Positions 50,193-62,701 of a stretch of DNA of 64,000 nt are shown one piece after another; the first letter of the stretch is position 1; the number at the start of each line of letters is the position of its first letter. Made by a program: the position numbers and the translations under genes. The stretch covers positions 144,028,001-144,092,000 of the forward strand of contig NC_086097.1 of NCBI RefSeq assembly GCF_963921235.1, read 5' to 3'. The notes below the pieces were generated by a model, which had not been told where the DNA came from, did not search any database, and saw only the letters and a list, made by a program, of their open reading frames with translations. This stretch comes from Mobula hypostoma. Its lineage: Eukaryota.

Positions 50193-53100
50193 TACTCTTT
50201 TCCATCGATGCTACCTGGCTTGATGAGTTCCTCCAGCATTTTGTGTGTCTTACATGGCCTGCTTCAATTTTGAAACACTCTTATTCCTACCATCATGTGG
50301 TAGAGGGGCCTTAAGACACACACTTAACATTTTAGAAACAGCTTTTTCCTCTCTGCCATCATATTTCTAAACAGCCCATGAACACTACCTTACACTCTTC
50401 TGTACTACTTTTATTGTAATTTGAGGGAACTTTTGAAGTCTTCTGCATTGTTGCCACAAAACAAAGCCATGGCATATATCAGTGATAACAAATCTGATTC
50501 TGACTCGAGGATGGTCAGATAGGAAGTAACGTTTGGAGAAATATCAGTGGCACAATGATAGCCAAAATCTTAAACAAATTTAAGTGTAGCAATCTCCTGA
50601 GCCAAAATCTGCATACAACAGATATAATCAGGAAGCCAATCAATACATTTAAAGAACTAGTTAATGAACTTACCAATGAAAGCTCACTGATGTGAAACAA
50701 AACTGCTATCTGACATAAGTATTTCCAACAACTGCACTATTTAGTTTGCTTTACTAAATGCCATTTTTACTCTTAAGGAGAAATTAATTTTCAAGAGTGC
50801 AATAGACATGGGATTGGGAGATACACACATAATCTGCAAAGGTCCATGGTAAGCTTATCACTCATTTATTCCATTTAGACACACTAATCCAACTTGCTTA
50901 TTCCCATGGCAAAAATATCTTCCCCATCATGCATGCCTACAATTAAAAGCAACCTAGATACCTACATTTAAAAGAAAACACTTCCTACGTTAGTACTGAT
51001 CCTCAAATTGATAAAATCCGGAAATGCTACATCTTTGGAAAGAGAAAAGTTAACATTTCTGATCAAAAAACCTTCATTAGAATCTGTTCTGATACAGGAT
51101 CTCAAACCTGAAACATTAACTCCTGCCCAGCTTCAGCCTAATCTGCTGCAAATTCTAGCCTTAGTGGTTGAATTTTTGTATTTCCAGTACCTGTAGTTTG
51201 ATTCTCAAACTGGGATATATTGGAAAACATGAATTGACGATTTCATGACTTAATGTAGCGACAATGGAAGGATGTGATTGGTCCTATACATCCCATCAGA
51301 AGCAGTGAAACAGTTCTCAAAATCCACAGTCCACAAGATGTAACGAATAGTCTGCATTACAAGCTTAAATCAATGTAACTATTACCAAAGGACAATTTGA
51401 GAAGAAACTTGACTTGCATTAATACCTTTTTACTCTTTATTGTGCAAGATACATTTTGCATTTATTTGAAAGAAGAGTACCAAATCAGATTTACTGGCAA
51501 ATCCTTACACTGTTCCCATCTATAAAAGAATTGGAGTAGAATGGCAACAGAACAACAGGGAATTGGAGAGCAAGCGATATAAATAATACATTTTTCATCG
51601 CAATATACAGGAAGAAATCTTTGACTCTGCAAAGTAACAGCATGTCAATTCCATCATCTCTTGTTTTAAAACAATAAAGAGGCTCCCAATATAATGGTTA
51701 GGTAAATAATTACAAATATTCTACATCTGATCCGATGACTAAGAACCAGCTCTAGTTCGCAAATCATTATTTCAAATGAAACTGAATGGAAGACTAAATT
51801 TGTAATTAGCTTGAAAACTCTCACCAGTAGATTTTATGTCCAAAAGTGTTTTACTCCTTATCTTTTGCTCCTGAAAGCCTTCAATCAAGTATCCATTTCA
51901 TTGTCTGTTATTATGAAAGAGATGCACTTGAGCATCTAAAATAAGCCAGCAGTCAAATCATTAGTTCTTTCCAATTCTGCACTATTTATCTGATATTTGC
52001 AAGTTATAATTTCCCCTTCACAACAGATGAGCCAAAATTCAGCGTTGACAATTTGACACCAGTAGTACAATGGATCTTAACATGGGTTTTCAGTAGCTTT
52101 TTAATATATTCAGCAAATCTATACACAAATGGTTTGCATATTGCAGCAAGACTAAGAAGAGCTCAGGAACAGGCTAGAATATGATCAAAATTCTGAATGA
52201 CATTGAAGTTCATGCTGTAAAGATAAAAAGACCTGCTAGAGATCGCATGACACTGCTTACAGATTTTTCCAATATCCCAGCTAATATTCATTTGTCAATC
52301 AACATAAGTTATGGAAGTGACACTGCCACTTGATCTACAATATCTTGAAAGGCACAAAACAGCTACTGCATTGTCTCCATATACAGTAACTAATGTTTAA
52401 AAGTAATGTGCTATGTAGGACTGACTTCAGTACTTATTGTGGATTTTACAAAACAGTGAGATGTTAAGGAGTCTGCAGAGCTGCTATCTCTATGGTCTTA
52501 AGCAACCTCTTGAACAAGTCAACATGGACACAAATGGCTAACCAATAAGCTGCACCTCCCAATGCTATTTAATAGCACTGTAGTTCTGCTTTCAGTATTT
52601 ACTGAGTTCTATACTGGAAATAGTTTTGACTAATTATATTTCCACCATCTTGATGGGCAAGGAGTACATTTGAATCTGTTTTCCTTGCATGCAATTTGTT
52701 TACCATGTCTTTTATTAGCTCTTACAAATTTTAATTCTTTTAATTTTCACCCTTAACCAAGTTGCATTATGGCCTATTTGCAACCTGGTGATAAGGAAGT
52801 GGTAGTCATTACTGTAACCACAGTCTGATTCCTTATTAAGGAAGTATAGGCCAAATGCACTGGAATCATTTCCCCTACAACAATTATACAGTTCTACAAA
52901 ATTATCAAAGAACTTTATTGAGCCAATATATTCAAGAGGGGGGAAACCCAAATTTAGGAATCTAATATTAAAAAATCATTTTCAAAAGGCAACAGTAACA
53001 AATAAGAGTAACTGATCTAAAGGTTTAAATATTTCAAGTGAACATAAAGGAATAGGAAATTCTCTAGATGAAGTGAGTTGATTTAGGATAGGAGACTCTG

Positions 53101-53524
53101 CTCATGGGGCGCATATAACAAGACTGACTATGCTTCATATAAATTTCTAGAACTATATGTATAATGGAAGCTGTCCGGGTGAACATATACTGTAACATCT
53201 TTCTTTCAGTGAGGATGGTGTAATCACAGCAATGACAATTTTTATATAAATTAGTTCCATTACTTTACGATGAATTTGTATCTGTAATTATAACTTGGAA
53301 GGAATCACACTAGAAAAAGGTGATAGTTGCAGAATATCTGCAGATTGGAGAATTCAGAGGGCTTATAGTGCGGAAAGATTTCAAAATATGCAAATCATGT
53401 CATTATAACCATTTTCAATGTCAAAAAGTGCTATTTAATAGAAAGACACAAGTTAACCACTACAAAGTTTTCACACTAACTGCAGTTTTTTTGATTAATA
53501 AATTTAAAAAAAGCAAAAAGGAAG

Positions 53525-54390
53525 AATAAATGGGTGCTTCCTGGGTTGGCAGCAGTGACTAATGGAGTACCACAGGGATCAATGCTTGGGTCTCAACCAT
53601 GCAATTTGGTTGAAGAAACCAAACATTACATTTTCAAGTTTGCCAAGGACAGTAAACAAGGTAGAAATGCAGGTAGTAACAAAGAGCCACTGAGTGGGTA
53701 GACAACAACATTGCACATAGCGTTCAAATGGCAATATGCAAAAATATCCATAGAAAGCTCAAAAATGACAACAGGTTGGATACTGGTCAAATGGGGCCTG
53801 AATGTCCTTCCAAACAAGTCACTGCTAGTTAACAGGTGCCTTTAATGCAAGATAATTTAATTGAAAAATTAAAAATGTTTCACTACAATTTTAAGGGACC
53901 TTGTTGAGACCATACCTGGAACAAGAGGTACAATTTTAGTCTCCTTACCAAAAAAATACTTGACGCAAGAGAAGATTTTCCACACTGATTCCAAGAATGG
54001 CTGGTCTGTCCTTATAGACAGAAAATGGACTCAGGCGACTATTCTTAACAGTTTAAAAATTAAAGTTCATTTCGTTCAAAACATAAAAAATATTTAGAGA
54101 GCTTAATAGAGTGGACATTGAGATATTTCCACTGGCGGAGGGATCGGGAACTCCGGAGATAATAATGTCAAAATAAGGTAAAGGCCAATTCCGAGAAATT
54201 TCTTCACTGCTCGATCATTTTTTTCTAGTTTTCTACCCGAATGTCGTGGGGTCACGGATTAAATTCAAAACTAAAAACCATAATTTCTGAAATATTAGAT
54301 GCATATTAAAGTAATATGCCGAAAATGGCGTTAAAATACAAGATTGGCCCGATCGTATCGAATGGCGGAGGGCTTAACAGCCTTCTCTTT
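53525..54390 (+). mobile_element. Decayed CR1 LINE fragment abutting the ARF1 CpG island
   Basis: GTGACTAATGGAGTACCACAGGGATC and AAGTTTGCCAAGGAC; CR1 3' tail. Confidence 0.6.
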
Positions 54391-54399
54391 CCCCTTTCA

Positions 54400-55260
54400 C
54401 ATTGAAATATTTATGAATATAATTACTGCATATCGTGAGGACAGAAATCTTTTAATATTGAAACAGGTGGTACGCCGGGAGCACATTTACAAGCGGCAGC
54501 CTCCCTCCCCAGCCCAACACAGAACTAGTCATTAACCCAAGATGGCGGCCCTCAGATCGCGTCCCGGAAAAGACGGCCAAAAAAAACCGAAATTTGACTG
54601 CTCGACAGAAAACCCAAAGATCCATCGGAGCAGCTACCCTCGGAAGCCCTCCGCCTGGGTGCTCGATACCCCAGGCGCTGGAAAAGTAACGACAGCCACT
54701 CGCAACCTAGCGGCCCGATGATCGCAGCCCCGCCGAACCTGAACAGCGACCCTTTCTCTTCTCGACTGAACACTAAAACCTGCGGCCTCCGTCCCTTTCC
54801 TCCCGCGAACCAGCAAGTTTCCCGTCCCGCTTCATACGTTCGGCACCAAGCTGGCTTGCTCTACATCACCTTCGTTTAAAAAATAACGGGGAAATGTCCC
54901 AGCTTCGCTCGCTTGCCTCCGCTCTCTCTGCGCCACGTCAAGGAGAAAGTGGAAAGGAGGGGGTGGAGGGGGGGAGTCGATGGGATGATGTCACGTCGAT
55001 AGGGCAGCCGGTTGCTACAGCAACCCAAGGACGGCCAAAGTCATTTAAATCGTGATCAGAGGAAGAAACAGTTACTCCACCCTCGAAGGCTTACTTCGTA
55101 ATTTTCGTTCTCTGCCAGCGGCTGGAGGCACGGAAGGAGGTCAGGAAGCGGTCAGCGAGGAGAGGCACGAAGGCGCAGCTCAGAGGCCGGGGGCAGTGGG
55201 CCCTGAGGCGGAGGAGGAGCTGTTGCTGAGAGCGAGGCAGAGGTTGGGGGGGAAGGGATA
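54400..55260 (-). promoter_or_regulatory. ARF1 CpG-island promoter with candidate non-coding first exon(s); candidate donors AAG|GTGATG (exon end 54870) and GAA|GTAAGC (exon end 55095)
   Basis: Dense CpG; YY1 motif CAAGATGGCGGC 54538-54549; TGACGTGGC on minus 54932-54940; X-box GTTGCTACAGCAAC 55011-55024; ARF1 genes have a non-coding exon 1 and a long intron 1. Confidence 0.7.
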
Positions 55261-55540
55261 GATGGGCCGAAGGGCCTATTTCTGGGCTGTACTTTTCTCG
55301 ATGAATCTATGATGTCATTAAAACAGAACTTCACTCATATAACCTGTAGATGCAGGAATTCAGAAATAAAAATAAAAAAATTCTGAGGGAAAAATACTCA
55401 GCGGGGGAAAAAAATTGGAAAACAGTTCCATTGTGTTCTAATTTCCCCACATTCCCATCAAATACCCCTGAGGGGCGACTTACGGTAGTCACTTAGCCTA
55501 CCAAGCTGCAAGTCTTTAGGATGTGGGACAAAACTGAAAC

Positions 55541-55543
<3 letters not shown>

Positions 55544-55571
<28 letters not shown>
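55544..55571 (+). repeat. (AG)n microsatellite
   Basis: Visible dinucleotide run. Confidence 0.95.
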
Positions 55572-57095
55572 ATGGGAGGCCAGGGTTAAACCTGGGTCAC
55601 TGGAGATGTGAGGCAGCAAGTCTGGAGACAAGAGAGCATGCAGATGTTGAAAATCTGGAGCAAAGCACAAAAATGCAGGAAGAACTCATCAGGTCTGTCT
55701 TCTGGCTCCATCTGTCAACCATCCTTCATTTCTTCTTTATCCATCAGAAACATTTGACAATTAATCCCCGCCTCACTTAACCTACTGAATTCCTCCAGCA
55801 GATTGTTTGTTATTCCAGATTCCAGCTCTTGCTGTCACTCCTGTCTTTTGTTTCTCAATAGAATGTATATTTAAGAACTTTGAAATGTGTCTTTAAATTA
55901 ATCTAATTTCCACACTTAAATAACTGATCCACCATTTTAATTTAATAATTTGGTTTTTTTTGAATTATCAGTCTCTAGTTACTGACTGAACTGTCTCGTT
56001 TTTAAAACTATACTAGGATCACCTTTTCACGGGATCCCATTACAATGAGATTACTAATTAACTCTGATTTATTCATTATACAAGATAAGTTCTAAGATAA
56101 CTTTTCCCCCAACAGCTTCTAAGACAATTGGTGGAACTGCCTCAAATGACATCCATGAACTATAGTATTCTTTAAACTAATGTTATCTATTTGATCTGTA
56201 CAGTATAAATGATAATTAATGTACACGTAATTGCGGTATTAGCTCCCCTATAAGCTGTTCTTATTAATTCTCTCTCCAGTTGTGTTACTCCTGCTCAAGA
56301 ATCCATAAACTGGTCGTTTTTGTCCCATGTTATATCTTACCTCCAACATACTGCTTTTCCTTTCTGTTCCAAAGGACAAAGTTCATACCTCAGTACTGGC
56401 CTATGCCATTTCTTTATTAGCTAAGACCTCTCCACACTGCTCTCCACAACCACCTTTGTTTTCTGATGAAGAGTCTTGTTCCGAAATATCAACTGCTTAT
56501 TCCCTTTTATAGGTTCCTCCTGACTTTCTAAGTTCCTCTGGCATTTTGTGTGTGTTGCTCAAGATTTTCAACATCTGCAGAATGTCTTTGCTTTTTTTTG
56601 TTTTATATGACTTGTTAAAATATTAAGGACCTTGAAATATCTTACATCTTTGTTGTCCTGCAACTATGTAATACCAATTAGATCAAGCTTTATTTTAAGT
56701 TTTTTTATTGTCATCCATTTTTATTGCATGCCCTGTGGATTCCAGTGCAATTCCTTTAATTTAAGCTTTTTTAAAAAATTTTCCTTGAGTTTACTATTTA
56801 TTTGCTATTATTTTGTTACCATTAATATCTCAGCCCCTTTCTGCCTCATTTTACCAGTCAGTGCCCAAACTGCTAATTTGACTTGTTGCCTCGACTTCTT
56901 GGACAGATATTGAAAATAATTAAAATAATTTACAGGAGTTAATAGAATGATGGCTTTTAAGTATGGAGAACTGTAGTGCAAGGCAGGAAGATAATGATAC
57001 AAAGCTCTGGTACTGAAGGTACTGTGAGTAGTTCAGAAGGCACGTATAGCTGATGGACCAGAGGAAATCGCCAAATCATGACACCATTAACTGTC

Positions 57096-58373
57096 CACGG
57101 ACTCTCACAGCTACCTGGACTATTTCTCCTCTCACCCTGTCTCTTGCAAAAATGCCATCCCCTTCTTGCAATTCCTCCGTCTCTGCCGCATCTGCTCTCA
57201 GGATGAGGCTTTTCATTCCAGCACGAAGGAGATGTCTTCCTTTTTTAAAGAAAGAGGCTTCCCTTCCTCCACCATCAACTCTGCTCTCAAACGCATTTCT
57301 CCCATTTCACGTACATCTGCTCTCACCCCATCCTCCGGCCACCCCAGAAGGAATAGGGTTCCCCTTGAACTAACCTACCACCCGACCAGCCTCCAGGTCC
57401 AACATATAATTCTCAGTAACTTCTGCCACTCCCAACGGGATCCCACCACTAAGCATACCTTTCCCTCCCCCCCTCTTTTTGCTTTCTGCAGGGATCACTC
57501 CCTACGTGACTCCCTTGTCCATTCGTCCCTCTCATCCCTTCCCACTGATCTCCCTCCTGACACTTATCCTTGTAAGCGGAACAAATGCTACACATGCCCT
57601 TACACTTCCTCCCTCACCACCATTCAGGGCCTCAGACAGTCCTTCCAGGTGAGGTGACACTTCACCTGTGAGTCGGCTGGGGTGATATACTGCGTCCGAT
57701 GCTCCCTGTGTGGCCTTCTATATATCGGCGAGACCCGACGTAGGCTGGGAGACCGTTTCGCTGAATACCTACGCTCTGTCCGCCAGAGAAAGCAAAATCT
57801 CCCAGTGGCCACGCATTTTAATTCCACATCCCATTCCCATTCTGATATGTCTATCCACGGCCTCCTCTACTGTCAAGATGAAACCACACTCAGGTTGGAG
57901 GAACACCACCTTAACACCGTCTGGATCGCCTCCAATCTGATGGCATGAATATTGACTTCTCTAACTTCCGTTAATGCCCCTCCTCGCCTTCACACCCTAT
58001 CCCTTATTTATTTATTTTATATATATTCCCCTTTTTTTTCTCTCTTTTTTTCTCCCTCTGTCCCTCTCACTATAACTCCTTGCTTGCTCTCCACCCTCCG
58101 GGCTCCCCTCCCCACTTCTCTTTCTCCCTAGGCTTCCCTTCTCCAGCTCTTAGATCCGGCCTTCCCCTGCTGTCTTCTATCATTTCGGATCTCCCCCTCC
58201 CACTCCCACTTTAAAATCTCTTACTATCTCTTCTTTCAGTTAGTCCTGACGAAGGATCCCAGCCCAAAACGTCGACTGTACCTCTTCCTATAGATGCTGC
58301 CTGGCCTGCTGCGTTCACCAGCATTTTTTGTGTGTGTTGCTTGAATTTCCAGCATCTGCAGATTTCCTCGTGT
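57096..58373 (+). mobile_element. Penelope-like element, 5'-truncated (RT thumb region, GIY-YIG endonuclease, 3' tail); 14-bp flanking duplication CACCATTAACTGTC
   Basis: QFLRLCRICS...ERGFP; VIYCVRCSLCGLLYIGETRRRLGDRFAEYL...VATHFN (GIY-YIG); duplication at 57082-57095 and 58374-58387. Confidence 0.9.
58241..58278 (+). ncRNA. Penelope-associated minimal type I hammerhead motif (G12->A, likely inactive)
   Basis: TAGTC-CTGACGA-AGGATCCCAGCCC-AAAA-CGTC-GACTG. Confidence 0.7.
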
Positions 58374-60235
58374 CACCATTAACTGTCTTCTATTGACAAC
58401 ACTCTAACAACCTTTGCAGCGTCTGTCTTTATTTTGATGCATTAGTAAATATGTGGGTACTTTACTTTATTGACACCAAACAATTGATACTAGAGCGTAC
58501 AATCATCACAGTGATATTTGATTCTGTGCTTCGCGCTCCCTGGATTACAAATCGATAGTAAATATTAAAAATTTAAATTATAAATCATAAATTGAAAATA
58601 GAAAAGGGGAAGTAACGTAGTGCAAAAAAAACCGAGAGGCAGGTCCGGATATTTGGAGGGTACGGCCCAGATTTTAACTTTAGGTTGATCATTGATGGCA
58701 CCATGAGCCAGTCCATTAACATCAGTTTTAGTGCACACTAAAAAGTATTAAAGCAACTAAAATGCCACGGAGAAACATCTTGAGGACCAGGCATGCATTT
58801 GCATTGCCTGTTTTTGTTGTGACCTGATGACACTATTGGTCTGCTAATATTACTTTGCTCATATACAAACATAGGGAATGGAAGCAGCAATGGGTTACGT
58901 AGTCCCTAGACTGCTGCGTCTTTCACTGAGATCATGGCTGATCTGAACTTTGCATCAGATACACCTTCAGCCCAGATTCCTCTACTCTATTTGATTCCCT
59001 CTATTGTCCAAATTTAATTTCAAAATTCAGTATACTTAATAATTGAGACTGTATTGGAAGGCTTGAGGTGTAAGGAGAGATGGGATTGACTGTATTTATT
59101 CTCCCTTGAACAAAAAGGGCTGAGAGGTGATGTGACAGATATATACAATTGTAAGAGGCATAAATGGGCAGAGTATGTTTCCTTGGGTAGGGATCTCTAA
59201 TAGTAGAGAGCAAGAATAAGTTAAAAGTGAGAGGGAAGAGGTTTAAAGAGGATCTGAGGGATGCATTTTTCAAACAGGGAGTAGTCGATATCTGGAATGA
59301 TCTGCCTGAGGTGGTGATAGAGGAAGGCACAGCAATACACTTAAGGGTCGCCTGGAGAAGTACTTGAACAAGTGCATAGAGGGAGCTAAAAACAAACTCT
59401 GGAGGAACCTAGTGGATTAGGCTGGATCGTAGAGAAAAATGATAGTCATGTTACCTAACCATGTTAATGCATAGATTCCATCTCATTAATGTTAGATTTG
59501 CTGACACTTTTTTGGTACTCCATACTTTCTCTGACGTTTGCTGTTTTTGAGTGCAGATGGTGTGGATCTGAAATAAGCCTCAAATAACATATTAAGAAGT
59601 GTTTACTGAGAGAGGAAAAACAAGTTAGACCATTGCTCCAAATCAGGGTTTCTCAACCTGGGTTGTGATGTCAGCCTCTCCCTCCCAAATTACCTCCCCA
59701 AACTTCCCCTTTCGTGCCACCAGCTGACTTAATGGGAGCGAATAAACTCTGGCAGCCTAGTAGAAAAGTGAAGGGGAAATTTTCATTCTAAAGAAGGAAT
59801 TTTTACACATCATGACTCAGCAGAACTTAATACCCAGAAAAGGAAAAGTCACACAGTTGGTGAGAACCTAATAATGCCAGCATGTAAAACCATAGTAGTA
59901 AAATGCTAGGACAAGATGCAGTATGAGAAATTGAAGAAGTTTCACTCCCAATTTGTACTATAAGTTGCGTATTGATAAATGTCAATAAATGTCATGTTGT
60001 AGCATTTTTAAGATTTGTAAATGATGGTGAAATTCAAGAAAACGTTTTCTCTTGCAAAGAGCTGCCAGAAAAGCCAAGGTATATTTAATATTTCGTCTTC
60101 ATATCTGGAAACAAAAGATCTGTCTTGGGGTAACTGTGTTGTCATCTGTACTGACGGTGCCCCATCAATGGTTGGCTCCATGAGAGGTTTTGTTTCCCTT
60201 GCAAGAGAAGAAAATCCTGACATTGTCACAACACA

Positions 60236-62000
60236 AACAAGACAAATTCTGCAGATGCTGGAAATCCAAGTAACATGCACAAATTGTTGGAGGAACTCGG
60301 CAGGTCAGATAGCATCTATGGAAAAGAATACTGTCAACATTCCAGGCCAAGACCCTCAGCAGGACTGGAGAAAAATAAATGAGCAGTCGGAGTTAGAAGG
60401 TGAGTGAAAGGGAGGGAGAAAAACAAAGTGATAGGTGAAACTAGGAGCGGGAGGGGTGAAATAAAGAGTTAGGAAGTTGATTGGTAAAAGAGATACAGGG
60501 GGAATCTAATAGGAGAGGACTGAAGGCAATAGAAGGAATAAAAAGGGGGAGGAGCACCAGAAGGAGGCAATGGGCAGGCAAGGATATAAGGTGAGCAAGG
60601 GAAAAGGGGACGGGGAATGGGGGCAGGATCATTACCAGAAGTTCGAGAAATCGATGTTCATGCCATCAGGTTGGAGGCTACACAGACAGAATATAAGGTT
60701 GCAAACACGAGGAAATCTTCAGATGCTGGAATTTCAAGCAACACACATCAAAGTTGCTGGTGAACACAGCAGGCCAGGCAGCATCTCTAGGAAGAGGTAC
60801 AGTCGACGTTTTGGGCCGAGACCCTTCGTCAGGACTAACTGAAAGAAGAGATAGTAAAAGATTTGAGAGGGGGAGGGGAAGATCTGAAATGATAGGAGAA
60901 GACAGGAGGGGGTGGGATGGAGCCAAGAGCTGGACAGTTGGTTGGCAGAAGGGATATGAGAGGATCATGGGACAGGAGGCCCAGGGAGAAAGAAAAGGGG
61001 GATGGGAGGGAAAGCCCAGAGGATGGGCAAGGGGTACAGTGAGGGGGACAGAGGGAGAAAACGGAGAGAGAGAGAAAAAAAGAATGTGTGTATATCAATA
61101 AATAAATAACGGATGGGGTATGAGGGGGAGGTGGGGCATTAGCGGAAGTTTGAGAGGTCTATGTTCATGCCATCAGGTTGGAGGTTACCCAGACAGAATA
61201 TAAGGTGTTGTTCCTCCAACCTGAGTGTGGCTTCATCTTTACAGTAGAGGAGGCTGTGGATAGACATATCAGAATGGGATGGGATGTGGAATTAAAATGT
61301 GTGGCCACTGGGAGATCCTGCTTTCTCTGGCGGACAGAGCGTAGGTGTTCAGCGATACAATCTCCCAGTCTGTGTCGGGTCTCGCCAATATATAGAAGGC
61401 CGCATCGGGAGCACCGGACGCAGTATTTTATCACCCCAGCCGACTCACAGGTGAAGTGTCCCCTCACCTGGAAGGACAGTCTGGGGCCCTGAATGGTAGT
61501 GAGGGAGAAAGTGTAAGGGCATGTGTAGCACTTGTTCCGCTTACAAGGATAAGTGCCAGGAGGGAGATCAGTGGGGAGGGATGGGGGGGGGGACAAATGG
61601 GCAAGGGAGTCATGTAGGGAGCAATCCCTGTGGAAAGCAGAGGGCGAGGGAGGGAAAGATGTGCTTAGTGCTGGGATCCCGTTGGAGGTGGCGGAAGTTA
61701 CGGAGAATTATATGTTGGACCTGGAGGCTGGTGGGGTGGTAAGTGAGGACCAGGGGAACCCTATTCCTAGTGGGGTGGCGGAAGGATGGAATGAGAGCAG
61801 ATGTGCGTGAAATGGGGGAGATGCGTTTGAGAGCAGAGTTGATGGTGGAGGAAGGGAAGCCCCTTTCTTTAAAAAAAGAAGACATCTCCTTCATCCTGGA
61901 ATGAAAAGCCTCATCCTGAGAGCAGATGCGGCGGAGACAGAGGAATTGCGAGAAGGGGATGGTATTGCTCCTCCAACCTGAGTGTGGCTCATCATGGCAG
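60236..62000 (-). mobile_element. Composite Penelope-like insertion: older copy (60236-60700 plus 61963-62000) with a younger copy (about 60703-61962) inside; 13-bp flanking duplication TTGTCACAACACA
   Basis: Duplication at 60223-60235 and 62001-62013; minus-strand SQFLCLRRICSQDEAF and YCVRCSRCGLLYIGET. Confidence 0.85.
60800..60837 (-). ncRNA. Penelope-associated minimal type I hammerhead motif (G12->A)
   Basis: Minus strand TAGTC-CTGACGA-AGGGTCTCGGCCC-AAAA-CGTC-GACTG. Confidence 0.72.
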
Positions 62001-62487
62001 TTGTCACAACACACTACTTTCTTCACAGAGAGGTGCTGATGTCAAAAGCTCTTGAAGATGAAATAAAGTTCTGCATGATGTTGCAAAAATATTTAACTTC
62101 ATTAAACAAAGACCAGTTCACTCGAGAATGTTTAAAAAAAACTGAAAATTTGGACAAAGAGCACACCAATCTCCTGCTACATATAGAAATCTATACTCTA
62201 TATCTATAATAATCTATATTGGCTTAGCAGAGGAAGCGTTCTCAAAGGATGCTTGAGATGAAAGGTGAATTGCTGGAGTACCTTCAAGAAAATAGTAGGC
62301 CAGATTTTGCTAAGTGCATTGAAGATGAAGAATGGCTGCAGAAACAAGCCTACTTAGCAGACATTTGTCATCATATGAACCAGTTGAACAAGTCTCTGCA
62401 AGGCCCTGGAGAAAATGCTTTGACTTCAAGTGACAAAATCCTTGGATTTAAAAGGAAACTGACACCTTACTGATCATGCTAATGTAC

Positions 62488-62657
62488 CATGAGCTGTACA
62501 GACATCCCACCCTGCAAAAGCTCATTTCAGGGAGGTAGCACCTCCCACCCCCCACAACCCCATATACCCCACCCGCGGTCGACCTCCAAGAGTACATGTG
62601 TACAGGACATTTGATTATGAAAGAACACAACAATTTATTTGATCACATATTGAAACT

Positions 62658-62701
<44 letters not shown>

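Larger units (their letters stand above)
59644..62465 (+). mobile_element. Decayed hAT-Charlie-type DNA transposon, split by Penelope insertions
   Basis: TIR-like CAGGGTTTCTCAACCTGGG; transposase remnants CTDGAPSMVG, THYFLHRE, WLSRG and WLQKQAYLADI..MNQLNKSLQG. Confidence 0.75.
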
